NCBI GenBank assembly: GCA_963835575.1
Contig: CAWIGG010000004.1
Span: 864,001-928,000, forward strand
Length of the DNA: 64,000 nucleotides
From: an uncultured Spirochaetota bacterium
GTDB taxonomy: Bacteria; Spirochaetota; Brevinematia; Brevinematales; JAOACQ01
Reading direction: 5' to 3'
Shown piece by piece: positions 40,682-50,286 of this stretch (its first letter is position 1; the number at the start of each line of letters is the position of its first letter). A model generated the notes under the pieces. It saw nothing but the letters and a program-made list of their open reading frames with translations, searched no databases and was not told the origin of the DNA. The position numbers and the translations under genes are program-made.

Positions 40682-43600
40682 TTATTCCATTATCTCATCT
40701 ATTTTCCCCATCACCCGTTCAGTCTCCACAAGAGCGGCAATTATCCGCTGGTAGTGTAAGATTTCGTCAAATGTTAAAGTGCGCCCTTTCCTGTCCTTCA
40801 GCCACTTCTGCGCGGGCTGGTAGCCGCCGATGTAGAACTCCCAGCTGATTCGGGAACTCCTCCGAAGAATTGCTTTTTATTGATCCATACTTTGCCATAA
40901 TTTTTAACCTTAGATTTTACCTGTTCTTTCTCAAAAATCACTTTTTCCACTTCATTATTCCCCGTTTCGGGATAAGCGGTAATTAAATTTTCAAGCAGCG
41001 GAGATTCCATCAGATGTAATTTCCTCAATACGGCCCCTTTTTCCGCAAGTTTAAAAAATATTTTAGCGCTTTCAGGATACGGTATTCGCGGAAAGTCTAT
41101 TTTTAAGAATTCCTTATATTTTTCCCGGTAGGAAGGCGAATGGAGTACGGCATAAATATAGTCGAGAATGTCCAGCGGGGTAAAGTATTTCTTCGCTCCT
41201 TTAGTTTTTTGAATAGAATCATTGTCATCTTCTTCCTTGAATTCCAGCCCAATTTTCCCGGCGATAGCATTCACGATTTCCATGTTTAGGTTAGGACGGC
41301 GATGTTCCGAAAAGCGACGATTCGAATCGTCGCTTTTCGCTTCGAAATCAAATTCCCCATCGTCGTCGTAGAGGTAGAGAGGAAATATTTTACAATTATC
41401 AAATGGCGAAACGCCATCCTTATCAACAATTTTATTTGAAATGAAATAATTAGTAACATTACCTCTTCTTGAATTTCTAATTGCTAATAGACATATATTT
41501 TCTTTTAACATATTATTCATTAATGGGCTTCGTGGATAGGCCATAAAACCCTTACTTTTTCCAGTAAAATAAGTATACCTATCATCAAAAGGATGGTATA
41601 GTACATTATTTTCGACCCCATTATTATTCTTTATATCATCCATAGCCCATTTAATAGACCAATCTCTTCCATCTTCACCCAAATTATACTTATATCTTAT
41701 CTCCTCTGTTGACAATTGTTTTAAATCAATAATAATTTTTAATAATTCTTCCTTAGAAAAAGAATAAACTAGATTATCCCTTTTAGTTTGTATTCCAGTA
41801 TTATTTGAAATAAATATTGATTCAATATTAAGTCCTTTATTATATTCTTCATCCAATCTAAAATCTTTTGGTACAAAAAAACAATACGGTTCAACAGGGT
41901 CAAGCTTCAACCATTTCAAAGATAAAATATTACTATTCCAGAGTTTATCATACTTAACCTCCCGTTCACCAAATACATCAAAATGAAAAACAGAAGATAA
42001 TTCTTTTTTCTTTCCACCATTCTTTACAAAAATATTGATTGATACCCCTTGCTGGATATCGAAAACATTTTCATCCTTGCTTCCATCCGGTGAAGTTTCT
42101 TTTTTCTTTGAATTTCCATGGAGATCATAAATATAAATTTTATCGAAAGTTTCCATCAGGTGCTTGCGCATCTGCCGGTGTGTAATGCCGTCGATATAGG
42201 AATTGTTTGTGATCATTGCCACAATACCCTGGCCGTTTTTCTCGATAAAATGCTCGGCATAGCGGATAAATTTTATATAATCGTCGTCAAGATTCAGTTT
42301 CTTCTCATTCAATCCTTCCTTATAGCACTTTATCTGGGAACGTATCCAATCGCCGGTATTGCTGGAACTGACGCTGTACGGAGGATTGCCGACCACGACC
42401 ATGACGGGCATATCCTCCTTGACCTTATTCGCTTCCTTCGCCTCAAAGGAAAGCCACTGCGCGAAAGTGGTGTTGATTGTGGCTCCCGGCTTTTCCAGGC
42501 TGTTGGTCAGGTAAATTCCCAGGCGGGGGGATCGGTCGGTAAAAGTGTAGCCGGTTTCCTGGAAAATGAATTCCATCTTGAGGTGGCACATCGCGTAGCT
42601 TGCCATCAGGATTTCGAAGCCATGCAGGCGGGGAAGAAGATGCTCGTCCACATAGCCGTTCCAGACGCCTTTCTGGGATTCGAAGCTTTTATAAATCCGC
42701 CTGATAATTTCAGCGAGGAAAGTCCCTGTGCCGGCAGCCGGGTCTAAAATCTGCACCCGGTGGGATTCAATCTTAAATAATCCCCCCGCGATGTTTTCAT
42801 GTTCCACCTCGACTTTTGAAGTATCAGCCAAGCCCATCTTAAGGCCGAATTCGGATTTCAGAATATCGTCCACGGCGCGTACAATAAAACTCACAACAGG
42901 TTCGGGGGTATAATAAACCCCGCGCGATTTCCGCTGGGCGGGATCGTACTCGGCAAGGAATGTCTCATAAAAATGGATTACCGGGTCATGACGGGCGGTC
43001 GCGTCTCCAAAGTCTGCCATAATCTTATTCAAGTCACACGCGAGGAATAGATCGGCCAGCGCGTCTACAATCCAGTCGATGCTGTTGTCCAGTTCGGGTC
43101 CGGCCACATAAGAGAAAAAATTCCTGAGAAATAGATTGGATTTCGGAACGAGGAATAAGGCTTCCTGACGGGAAAAAGTTTCCATTGTTTTATCATGAAT
43201 CCTCGCGGCGAATAGGCCGTATGCTACCGTCTGAGAGTAAATATCGGCAAATTGATGTTCGGTCATATCATGAATCAGTACTCTCTTAAATGACTGGTAC
43301 TGGCTGTAAAGGGTATTGGACGAATCACCGGAGTGATCCGGTTTTTGAAGCGTTAACGCATTATAAATAATATCACGCATCAATCGCGCCTTGTCTGCCA
43401 TCATCCGGGCGAGCTTTTCCGCGGATGTAATAGTCTGGCCCCTGTAATCACAGAAATCTCGGATCATATCCTCAAAAACAGGCCAGTCTTTTTCACAGGG
43501 TTTAAGTTTGCCGCCTTCGATTTCAGCGATTCGAGCCGTCATTTCTTTTTGCCCTGCGCGGAAAAGCCGGAATTCCAGGTAATCTGTCAGGATAAGATTG

Positions 43601-43878
43601 TCAAGGCTTTCAAGGTATTTTTTAAGCTGATCGTCTTTCTCACTTTTATCAAGCGAAATACCAATATCTTTTGTTTCAACATAACCGACTGGTATTTCTT
43701 TCCGGGTGATAATCAAATCTGGCGCGCCGCATTCCTGGCGTCTGGGTTCATTTGTTACTTTTATTTCAGGTATAATGCTTTCAATCAGCCCTTCAAGATC
43801 GGAACAATAACTGTGCTCGGTAGCAATTCCATCATTAAAAAGCCTTTTTATATTTGAAAAATAATCAGCTATCGTCAT
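40682..43878 (-). CDS. Single-chain restriction-modification enzyme (type IIG/IIL-like, N6-adenine MTase, ISP-type specificity domain); 1-nt frameshift near 40845
   Basis: GAPD..VETK nuclease motif, GVYYTP, ILDPAAGTGTF, GNPPY, YAVLHSPSYR..DFPRIP. Alternate frame continues WEFYIGGYQPAQKWLKDRKGR to TAA at 40682. Confidence 0.85.
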
Positions 43879-44079
43879 AATATACCTCAAATAATTATAA
43901 TTACAAATTAATATATTATAACAAATTAAAGATTTAAATCAAAACTTTCATTTGTATTTTTATTTCTTTATAACCATTGCACTCCGTTTTCTTCTCTGAA
44001 AGTCCGGGAAAGCCTTTTGATTTTTCCTGATGCTCACTTTGCTGAAGCCAACGGAGCGGCCAGCCAGTTCTCCGTTCTT

Positions 44080-44245
44080 CCGTTCCCGAGGCCATTTTCC
44101 TCCTGGCCATAATCTGAACATAAATCAACTCAATTTAAAGTCGTGTTATCTGTTAACATTATAATAGAAGAGAGGCAAATGTTTTTGACATAGCCTGCCC
44201 CCGATCCAATCGAGAGGATGTCAAAACCGATGCATAAAGCCATCG
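44080..44245. repeat. Structured repeat A, copy 1
   Basis: ccgttcccgaggccattttcctc.tggccataatctgaacat ... attataatagaagagagg ... gcataaagcca, shared with 45490-45630. Confidence 0.8.
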
Positions 44246-44288
44246 GCACATAAAGGAATTTTGTTTATTATTTTTTTCTCATCATCGT

Positions 44289-44638
44289 TCCCCGGCGGGG
44301 GCAGAGAGTGAACTTTTCTGGATGCGTCACTTCATTAATTATGGAATTGTAATACAGAGCATCGCGCAGAGGGCTTAGTTTTGCCCGTGACCGGCCGGCT
44401 TGAACGCGCGGAATGTCCGAGCATACCCATTGTCCATAAATTCGAAATCAAGACAGACTAATAAAGAATATTTGATAAATTACTTTCAATGGGTGTGCGA
44501 GTTCCGAGCGTGCGGCCGGGAGCGGATGCAAAACTAGCACTCGAAGCGAATGCGTTCTTTAGTCTGAAATTATGAGAAAATGATTAAATATCAGCGTCCA
44601 GAAAAGTTCACTATCTACCTTTGCCTATCGCTGGGGGA
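44289..44638. repeat. ~350 nt imperfect fold-back element (MITE-like or structured RNA)
   Basis: Perfect 16-bp IR agtgaacttttctgga (44307-44322) / tccagaaaagttcact (44597-44612); inner stems tagttttgc/gcaaaacta, ccggccg/cggccgg, acccattg/caatgggt. Confidence 0.75.
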
Positions 44639-44681
44639 CAATCTGCAGTGTGGCACAGCGCCAGCAGTGCCTCCTTTTCCC

Positions 44682-44850
44682 TTCTTTTCGAAAAGAAAGA
44701 AATATCGTAATTCCCCCGGCAGCCTGTCGGAATAATAATCCCCAATAGCTTAATAAAAAGAAAAGACGTTGACCCTTCAGCCAGAAGGCGATGCCCTTTT
44801 GACCTTGCAAAAGAAAGTGAACAAAATCCCCCGGCAATCGTTGCCGGTCT
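44682..44850. repeat. Repeat B copy 1 followed by repeat C
   Basis: ttcttttcgaaaagaaagaaatatcgtaattcccccggcag... matches ~45809-45915; aagaaagtgaacaaaatccccggcaat matches ~50904-50935. Confidence 0.8.
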
Positions 44851-44879
44851 GCGCAGCCGCATTGCACCTTTTTATTATC

Positions 44880-45095
44880 TTAAATATTATCTTTAAACTC
44901 GGATAGAGTGATATTGGCCTGTCTGAGAATACTGCGGAAAGTACCTTCAGGAATTTCTTTCTTATCCATCGGTAATATGACAATGTTCCCTTTTCCATTC
45001 TTATATTTTGCGTGGGAACCTTTTTGAGAAATAAAAGAAAATCCCAATCTTTCCAGGACTGATGAGATTACTCTTGATGAGTAAAGCTTAGACAT
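44880..45095 (-). CDS. hicA: HicA family toxin
   Basis: 71 aa; LERLGF..SQKGSH..GTFRSILRQA. Confidence 0.9.
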   Translation of the reverse strand: MSKLYSSRVISSVLERLGFSFISQKGSHAKYKNGKGNIVILPMDKKEIPEGTFRSILRQANITLSEFKDNI

Positions 45096-45294
45096 GGACC
45101 TTTTCCCTTCCGATGAAAACCTGGTCTACTTCAGGGAATTCCTTATCCTCATTTTCAAAATAAAGTTCAACAGCCTCTTTAAGATTAGTAACAGCCTCGT
45201 CTGAATTATTTCCAAAAGAGGAAACATCCACATTCAAACACTGTGAAACATAATATTGGCCTTCATGCCAGACAACATATTCGATTTCTTTCAT
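45088..45294 (-). CDS. hicB: HicB family antitoxin (short form)
   Basis: YVSQC..VSSFG..EAVTNLKEAVELYFE; overlaps the hicA start. Confidence 0.88.
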   Translation of the reverse strand: MKEIEYVVWHEGQYYVSQCLNVDVSSFGNNSDEAVTNLKEAVELYFENEDKEFPEVDQVFIGREKVHV

Positions 45295-45489
45295 AATAGA
45301 GCCTCTCTTTAAAAAAAGAATAAAGGTAATTAAGCGTAAAATCAAGTTTTAAAGTATTCGTTTATTTTTGTATAACAGACAGGAATGTCTGTTATACCGG
45401 ATTAACCGGCGCCAATTCCCATCTTTAAAAAGAATGTTTTATCATAAATAAAATGAATAAGAATTAAAAAAAGCTGTTCGGCAAATTGT

Positions 45490-45915
45490 CCGTTCCCGAG
45501 GCCATTTTCCTCTTGGCCATAATCTGAACATCAAATATCTCGATATAAAGTTGTGGCATCCGCTATTATAATAGAAGAGAGGAAGCACATGCTTGCGGCA
45601 GGGACGCCGCAACCGCCGCATAAAGCCACGCCCAGCACCACTTTGATTGCCTGTCCTCAAAGTGGTGCTGGGCAAGGATAGCGATTTAAGGCGGCTATTA
45701 TAGCAATGAACTGCTTATTAAAAAGCCGGATAACACACCTCCATACGGTCCGATAGCTTCGTATGAAAATGGCCTCGACCTGTTTTCTTTCTTTAGCGCG
45801 ATATTTCTTTCTTTTCGAAAAGAAAGAAATATCGTAATTCCCCCGGCAGTCTGTCGGACTAATAATCTCCAATAGTTTAGTAAAAAGAAAAGACGTTGAT
45901 CCTTAACCAGAGGCT
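45490..45915. repeat. Structured repeat A copy 2 plus repeat B copy 2
   Basis: Homology to 44080-44245 and 44682-44795; cgaggccattttc pairs with gaaaatggcctcg (~45765); 17-bp perfect hairpin at 45630-45673. Confidence 0.8.
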
Positions 45916-45954
45916 ATACATCTATTGGCCTAGTAAAAGTTAGTAAAAATGGCA

Positions 45955-47073
45955 TTACGCTAGTAAAAGCTTGATAGGCAGCGCCCCGTTCAACAACGCG
46001 ATTTCTTTGTTTGCTTTAAGCGAAAGCAAATGGACCGGCGCATCCGCCGGAACGAGCAGCGCGATGCGCCACGCCGAGAACCGCTCATGGATGACCCTGC
46101 CTATGTCTTTGAACAATGCGCTGATTCCGCTGCCCCCGATGCGTTCGCCGTAGGGCAGATTGGCGATCAGGAGACCGCCCGGCGCGGGAGGCGTCCACTC
46201 CTGGAAAGGCTTTACTGAAAATGCGATATACTTTTCAACACGGGCGCGCAGCGCGGAGGCGCGAGCCACGTCGACATACTTGGCGTTGATGTCCGAAGCA
46301 TAGATCGGCGCCGGCAGTTCGGACTTTTTAGCCGCGCGCAATTGATCGGAAACGCGGCGCCACAAAGGGCGGTCGAAACCGGCCAGGTGCTCCAGGGCAA
46401 AATCGTCTTTGCCCCGGTGAATGAGCGGCGCTTTATTCAGAGCGATATATGCCGCTTCGATGATAATGGTGCCGGAGCCGCACATCGGATCAAGGAGCGG
46501 TTCATTGCCGGTGTAGCCTGCCAGAAGCAGGATCGAAGCGGCCAGTGTCTCTTTCAAAACGGCCGGATGCCCGCCTGTACGCCAGCCGCGTTTATGAAGG
46601 GCGCGGCCCGCCGTGTCGATGCCGAGCGTGCAGGAACCGTTCCGGACGAATACAACGATGGTAATGGGCTCGTCGGCGTCGGGATCGAACCGGGGAGCGG
46701 ACTTTTCAAACGCGCTATTTTGTATCGATTGAACGATGGATGTAATAACCGCTTCCTCGCCCAACGCAATAGCTTGTTGATCGGTGAGGGCCGGCGCGAC
46801 CGTGAAAGGCTTATGCGAGCGCAGCCATTCCGGCCAGACGATCTTCTGCAGTTCCATCCTCAGATGTGTTATGTCAGGAGTGGCGAATTCCGCGACCACG
46901 CGCTGAATTCTGCTTGCTGTACGCAGTAACAAATGGGCGCGGTACGCGGTCTCCAGATCAGTGTCGAACGCTACGCCGCGGTGCAGTATATTCAGGTCTT
47001 TTATTCCAAGCCCGGCAAGTTCGGAAGCGAGCACATCGACAGTCTCGTGCGGGCATGTGGCAATCCATCTCAT
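45955..47073 (-). CDS. THUMP-domain RNA methyltransferase (RlmL-like), copy 1
   Basis: LRTASRI, LHKRGWR, LKETLAA, LLDPMCGSGT, NLPYGER; GC-rich. Confidence 0.9.
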   Translation of the reverse strand: MRWIATCPHETVDVLASELAGLGIKDLNILHRGVAFDTDLETAYRAHLLLRTASRIQRVVAEFATPDITHLRMELQKIVWPEWLRSHKPFTVAPALTDQQAIALGEEAVITSIVQSIQNSAFEKSAPRFDPDADEPITIVVFVRNGSCTLGIDTAGRALHKRGWRTGGHPAVLKETLAASILLLAGYTGNEPLLDPMCGSGTIIIEAAYIALNKAPLIHRGKDDFALEHLAGFDRPLWRRVSDQLRAAKKSELPAPIYASDINAKYVDVARASALRARVEKYIAFSVKPFQEWTPPAPGGLLIANLPYGERIGGSGISALFKDIGRVIHERFSAWRIALLVPADAPVHLLSLKANKEIALLNGALPIKLLLA

Positions 47074-47206
47074 AAAGTTTGAGACCTCAACCGATTAGAT
47101 TTTGACAGGTCCGGCGATAGAGCGAAATTATGTTTAACGTCCTCGATAAGCGAAGCTGCCGAAGTTTTTACTAAAGCCGAGGTAAGTGAACAACTTTGTG
47201 ACTCTA

Positions 47207-47482
47207 TTACACTATCTCAATTTTTACTTTTTTTCCTAATGCCTTTGCGATACGTTCCAGGGATGATAATTTTAAATCTTCGGCATGGTTTTCCATTCTT
47301 GATATGGCGCTTTTTGTCGTGTGAATCCTGCCAGCTAAATCTTCCTGGGTTAATCCGTTTTTGATCCTCATTTCTTTCAACATCAATCCGATTTTAAAAT
47401 CATTGTAATTTTCATCATAGTTTTCAGCGAAAGAAGGATCGGATTTTTTCCTTTTATCGACGTATTTTTTTAAATCACTCAT
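47207..47482 (-). CDS. XRE-family HTH antitoxin (HigA-like)
   Basis: GLTQEDLAGRIHTTKSAISRMEN; overlaps the toxin stop codon. Confidence 0.88.
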   Translation of the reverse strand: MSDLKKYVDKRKKSDPSFAENYDENYNDFKIGLMLKEMRIKNGLTQEDLAGRIHTTKSAISRMENHAEDLKLSSLERIAKALGKKVKIEIV

Positions 47483-47829
47483 ATATTCCTCCGTAAATAA
47501 TCGGCTTTGTATTTTTCAGCCAGTTTGATTTCATTTTCAGGTGTTTTTTGGGTCTTTTTGGTAAAACCATTAGTTAATATAAACAGTGCGTTTTTATGAA
47601 AGAATCCTAATAATCTGTAAGTATCACTTCCCTGTTGAATCCTGACTTCGTAGATATTGTCAGTATTCACTAATTTTTTAAAATAGTTTTGCGGAATTTG
47701 ATCAAAGTCTTCAATAATCTGCAATACCCATGTAATTTTCCGGGCTGTTTTTCCCGGTAAAGAATCAAGATATTCTTCAACCGGACATTTTCCATCCTCG
47801 GTTTTATAAAAGTTAATGACTCTTTTCAT
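47479..47829 (-). CDS. RelE/ParE (Gp49/HigB-like) toxin
   Basis: FYKTEDGKCPV, IYEVRI, YRLLGF, NGFTKKTQKTP; likely ATG at 47829. Confidence 0.88.
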   Translation of the reverse strand: MKRVINFYKTEDGKCPVEEYLDSLPGKTARKITWVLQIIEDFDQIPQNYFKKLVNTDNIYEVRIQQGSDTYRLLGFFHKNALFILTNGFTKKTQKTPENEIKLAEKYKADYLRRNI

Positions 47830-47834
47830 ATTAT

Positions 47835-47863
47835 ATGTTAGCATACATGTGAACATTAGTCAA
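47835..47863 (-). promoter_or_regulatory. sigma70 promoter of the TA operon, probably giving a leaderless mRNA
   Basis: TTGACT-17 nt-TAACAT ending 5 nt upstream of the ATG; imperfect palindrome atgtta..tgaacat. Confidence 0.55.
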
Positions 47864-47954
47864 TAGCATTTATAGCAATCTTGTATCAGGTTATCGTTTA
47901 ACTAGCGACATTAATGAGTTATTGTTTTATGGGTTTTAAGATTGACCAAAAGAT

Positions 47955-48111
47955 AATCCTGTAAATCCTGTGTTATCCTATAAATCCTGCCGAATTGGGG
48001 TCAGTATAATTAAGATATTCTAATTTTCAATTTCCGGCAGGATATGAAGAAATCATCTGATCTGTGCGAATCCGCATAATCTGTGTCATCCGCGTGCAGA
48101 ATCGGATATTA
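47955..48111 (-). repeat. Right-hand periodic repeat cluster
   Basis: aatcctgtaaatcctg..aatcctgccgaattggggtc (reverse complement of 19469); 48078-48111 is a 29/34 inverted match to 38691-38724. Confidence 0.75.
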
Positions 48112-48138
48112 TATAAAAGAGGTGTTAATAATAATCTA

Positions 48139-49257
48139 TTATGAAACCAGCAGCTTTACCGGTAATGCCCCGTTCAACAACGCGATTTCTTTGTTTGCTT
48201 TAAGCGAAAGCAAATGGACCGGCGCATCCGCCGGAACGAGCAGCGCGATGCGCCACGCCGAGAACCGCTCATGGATGACCCTGCCTATGTCTTTGAACAA
48301 TGCGCTGATTCCGCCGCCCCCGATGCGTTCGCCGTAGGGCAGATTGGCGATCAAGAGACCGCCCGGCGCGGGAGGCGACCACTCCTGGAAAGGCTTTACT
48401 GAAAATGAAATATACTTTTCAACACGGGCGCGCAGTGCGGAGGCGCGAGCCACGTCGACATATTTGGCGTTGATGTCCGAGGCATAGATCGGCGCCGGCA
48501 GGGCGGACCTTTTAGCCGCGCGTAATTGATCGGAAACGCGGCGCCACAAAGGGCGGTCGAAACCGGCCAGGTGTTCCAGGGCAAAATCGTCTTTGCCGCG
48601 GTGAATGAGCGGCGCTTTATTGAGCGCGATATACGCCGCTTCGATGATAATGGTGCCGGAGCCGCACATCGGATCAAGGAGCGGTTCATTGCCGGTGTAG
48701 CCTGCCAGAAGCAGGATCGAAGCGGCCAGTGTCTCTTTCAAAACGGCCGGATGCCCGCCTGTACGCCAGCCGCGTTTATGAAGGGCGCGGCCCGCCGTGT
48801 CGATGCCGAGCGTGCAGGAACCGTTCCGGACGAATACAACGATGGTAATGGGCTCGTCGGCGTCGGGATCGAACCGGGGAGCAGACTTTTCAAACGCGCT
48901 ACTCAATATCGATTGAACGACGGATGTAATGACCGCTTCCTCGCCCAACGCAAGAGCCAGTTGATCGGTGAGGGCCGGCGCGACGGTGAAAGGCTTGTGC
49001 GGCCTCAGCCACTCCGGCCAGACGATCTTCTGCAGTTCCATCCTCAGATGTGTTATGTCAGGAGTGGCGAATTCCGCGACTACACGCTGAATTCTGCTTG
49101 CTGTACGCAGTAACAAATGGGCGCGGTACGCGGTTTCCAGATCAGTGTCGAACGCTACGCCGCGGTGCAGTATATTCAGGTCTTTTATTCCAAGCCCGGC
49201 AAGTTCGGAAGCGAGCACATCGACAGTTTCGTGCGGGCATGTGGCAATCCATTTCAT
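48139..49257 (-). CDS. THUMP-domain RNA methyltransferase (RlmL-like), copy 2
   Basis: 372 aa from ATG 49257; about 15 aa differences from copy 1 by manual count. Confidence 0.9.
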   Translation of the reverse strand: MKWIATCPHETVDVLASELAGLGIKDLNILHRGVAFDTDLETAYRAHLLLRTASRIQRVVAEFATPDITHLRMELQKIVWPEWLRPHKPFTVAPALTDQLALALGEEAVITSVVQSILSSAFEKSAPRFDPDADEPITIVVFVRNGSCTLGIDTAGRALHKRGWRTGGHPAVLKETLAASILLLAGYTGNEPLLDPMCGSGTIIIEAAYIALNKAPLIHRGKDDFALEHLAGFDRPLWRRVSDQLRAAKRSALPAPIYASDINAKYVDVARASALRARVEKYISFSVKPFQEWSPPAPGGLLIANLPYGERIGGGGISALFKDIGRVIHERFSAWRIALLVPADAPVHLLSLKANKEIALLNGALPVKLLVS

Positions 49258-49295
49258 AAAGTCCGGTACCTCAACCAATAAAATTTTGAGGTCCG

Positions 49296-49341
49296 GCCTA
49301 ACGAAGCAGGTCGGACCCGAAGAAAAGAGCCGCCGTTAGCG
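49296..49341 (-). other. attC-like remnant
   Basis: Minus strand CGCTAAC...GTTAGGC between the stop of 49354-49989 and the start of the THUMP gene; shorter than a typical attC. Confidence 0.35.
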
Positions 49342-49353
49342 GCAGTACTGTCT

Positions 49354-49989
49354 CTATTTTAAAGAATTATATATGTCATCCAGTTCTTTAAAATTATACT
49401 TGTCAATGAATAATGATTTGTATTCGTTATAGTATTTATTCGCTTCTGCTATATTTCCAATTTTCTTTAATAAAAAAGAATATGCAAGTTTATGTTGAAT
49501 GTAATTATGAAAACCAAATCGAATGAATTTTCTATTGATTTTTTCTAAAAATAAAATATCTAAATCTTTTAAATGATGTATTCTTGAATAAAATGATTCA
49601 CTTTCATTTATTATAATAGAAATAATATCTTTTGTTCTTTTAATTAAATCTTTTTCACTTTTATATTCAAATAATGAAATTGTGCACTCTTTCGGTTCTT
49701 TATAATCTAATTGATCAATGTAAAAATCGTTTATATCTGCAGACTTTATTGTTTTATGCCATTTAAGCTTACCGTTGAAACTGGGGCAAAAATTTAATGA
49801 AACTCCCCAAAGAAAAGCTTTTGACATACTTTTTAGAGAGTATGCCGTAATACCTTTCATAAATTCATTATTATCTTCTTTAATCCACTTATAATCTTTG
49901 GTATGAATATATCCAAGTTTTAATAAATCTTGTGTTATGGTGTTATTTATAATTTCATTAAAAACATCTGTTTTATCATGATAACCCAT
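49354..49989 (-). CDS. Hypothetical protein, very AT-rich
   Basis: 211-aa ORF with ggaga RBS and upstream promoter; no recognised family. Confidence 0.7.
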   Translation of the reverse strand: MGYHDKTDVFNEIINNTITQDLLKLGYIHTKDYKWIKEDNNEFMKGITAYSLKSMSKAFLWGVSLNFCPSFNGKLKWHKTIKSADINDFYIDQLDYKEPKECTISLFEYKSEKDLIKRTKDIISIIINESESFYSRIHHLKDLDILFLEKINRKFIRFGFHNYIQHKLAYSFLLKKIGNIAEANKYYNEYKSLFIDKYNFKELDDIYNSLK

Positions 49990-50067
49990 AAATTTCTCCC
50001 CGGAATTGCAAGCCGGCTTATTATAAACGAATTTTATTTTATAATATTTTTGGAATTCATTCCATTC

Positions 50068-50096
50068 ATCTTAATAAAGCAATATTTTACTGTCAA
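50068..50096 (-). promoter_or_regulatory. sigma70 promoter, repeated module copy 2
   Basis: TTGACA-gtaaaatattgctttat-TAAGAT. Confidence 0.7.
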
Positions 50097-50286
50097 CACA
50101 AGGATTTCTTCTTTCTTTTAATTAAAAAGAATAAAATAATTATTTGTATTCGTTTAAAGTCTTCAAAATGACCGTATGCCTATTCAGAGTCCAAATTTAT
50201 TTTATGTGTTGTGTGCCGTTTTTCCCTATCTTTTCTAAAAAGAAAGAAAGGGCTCTTCCCCGGATAATCTGCCGGGCAAAAAATCC

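Noticed and set aside
43934..45872. Short ORFs at 43934, 44611, 44625, 44777, 45442, 45657
   Set aside because: They are translations of the structured repeats or overlap hicA, without RBS or family motifs.
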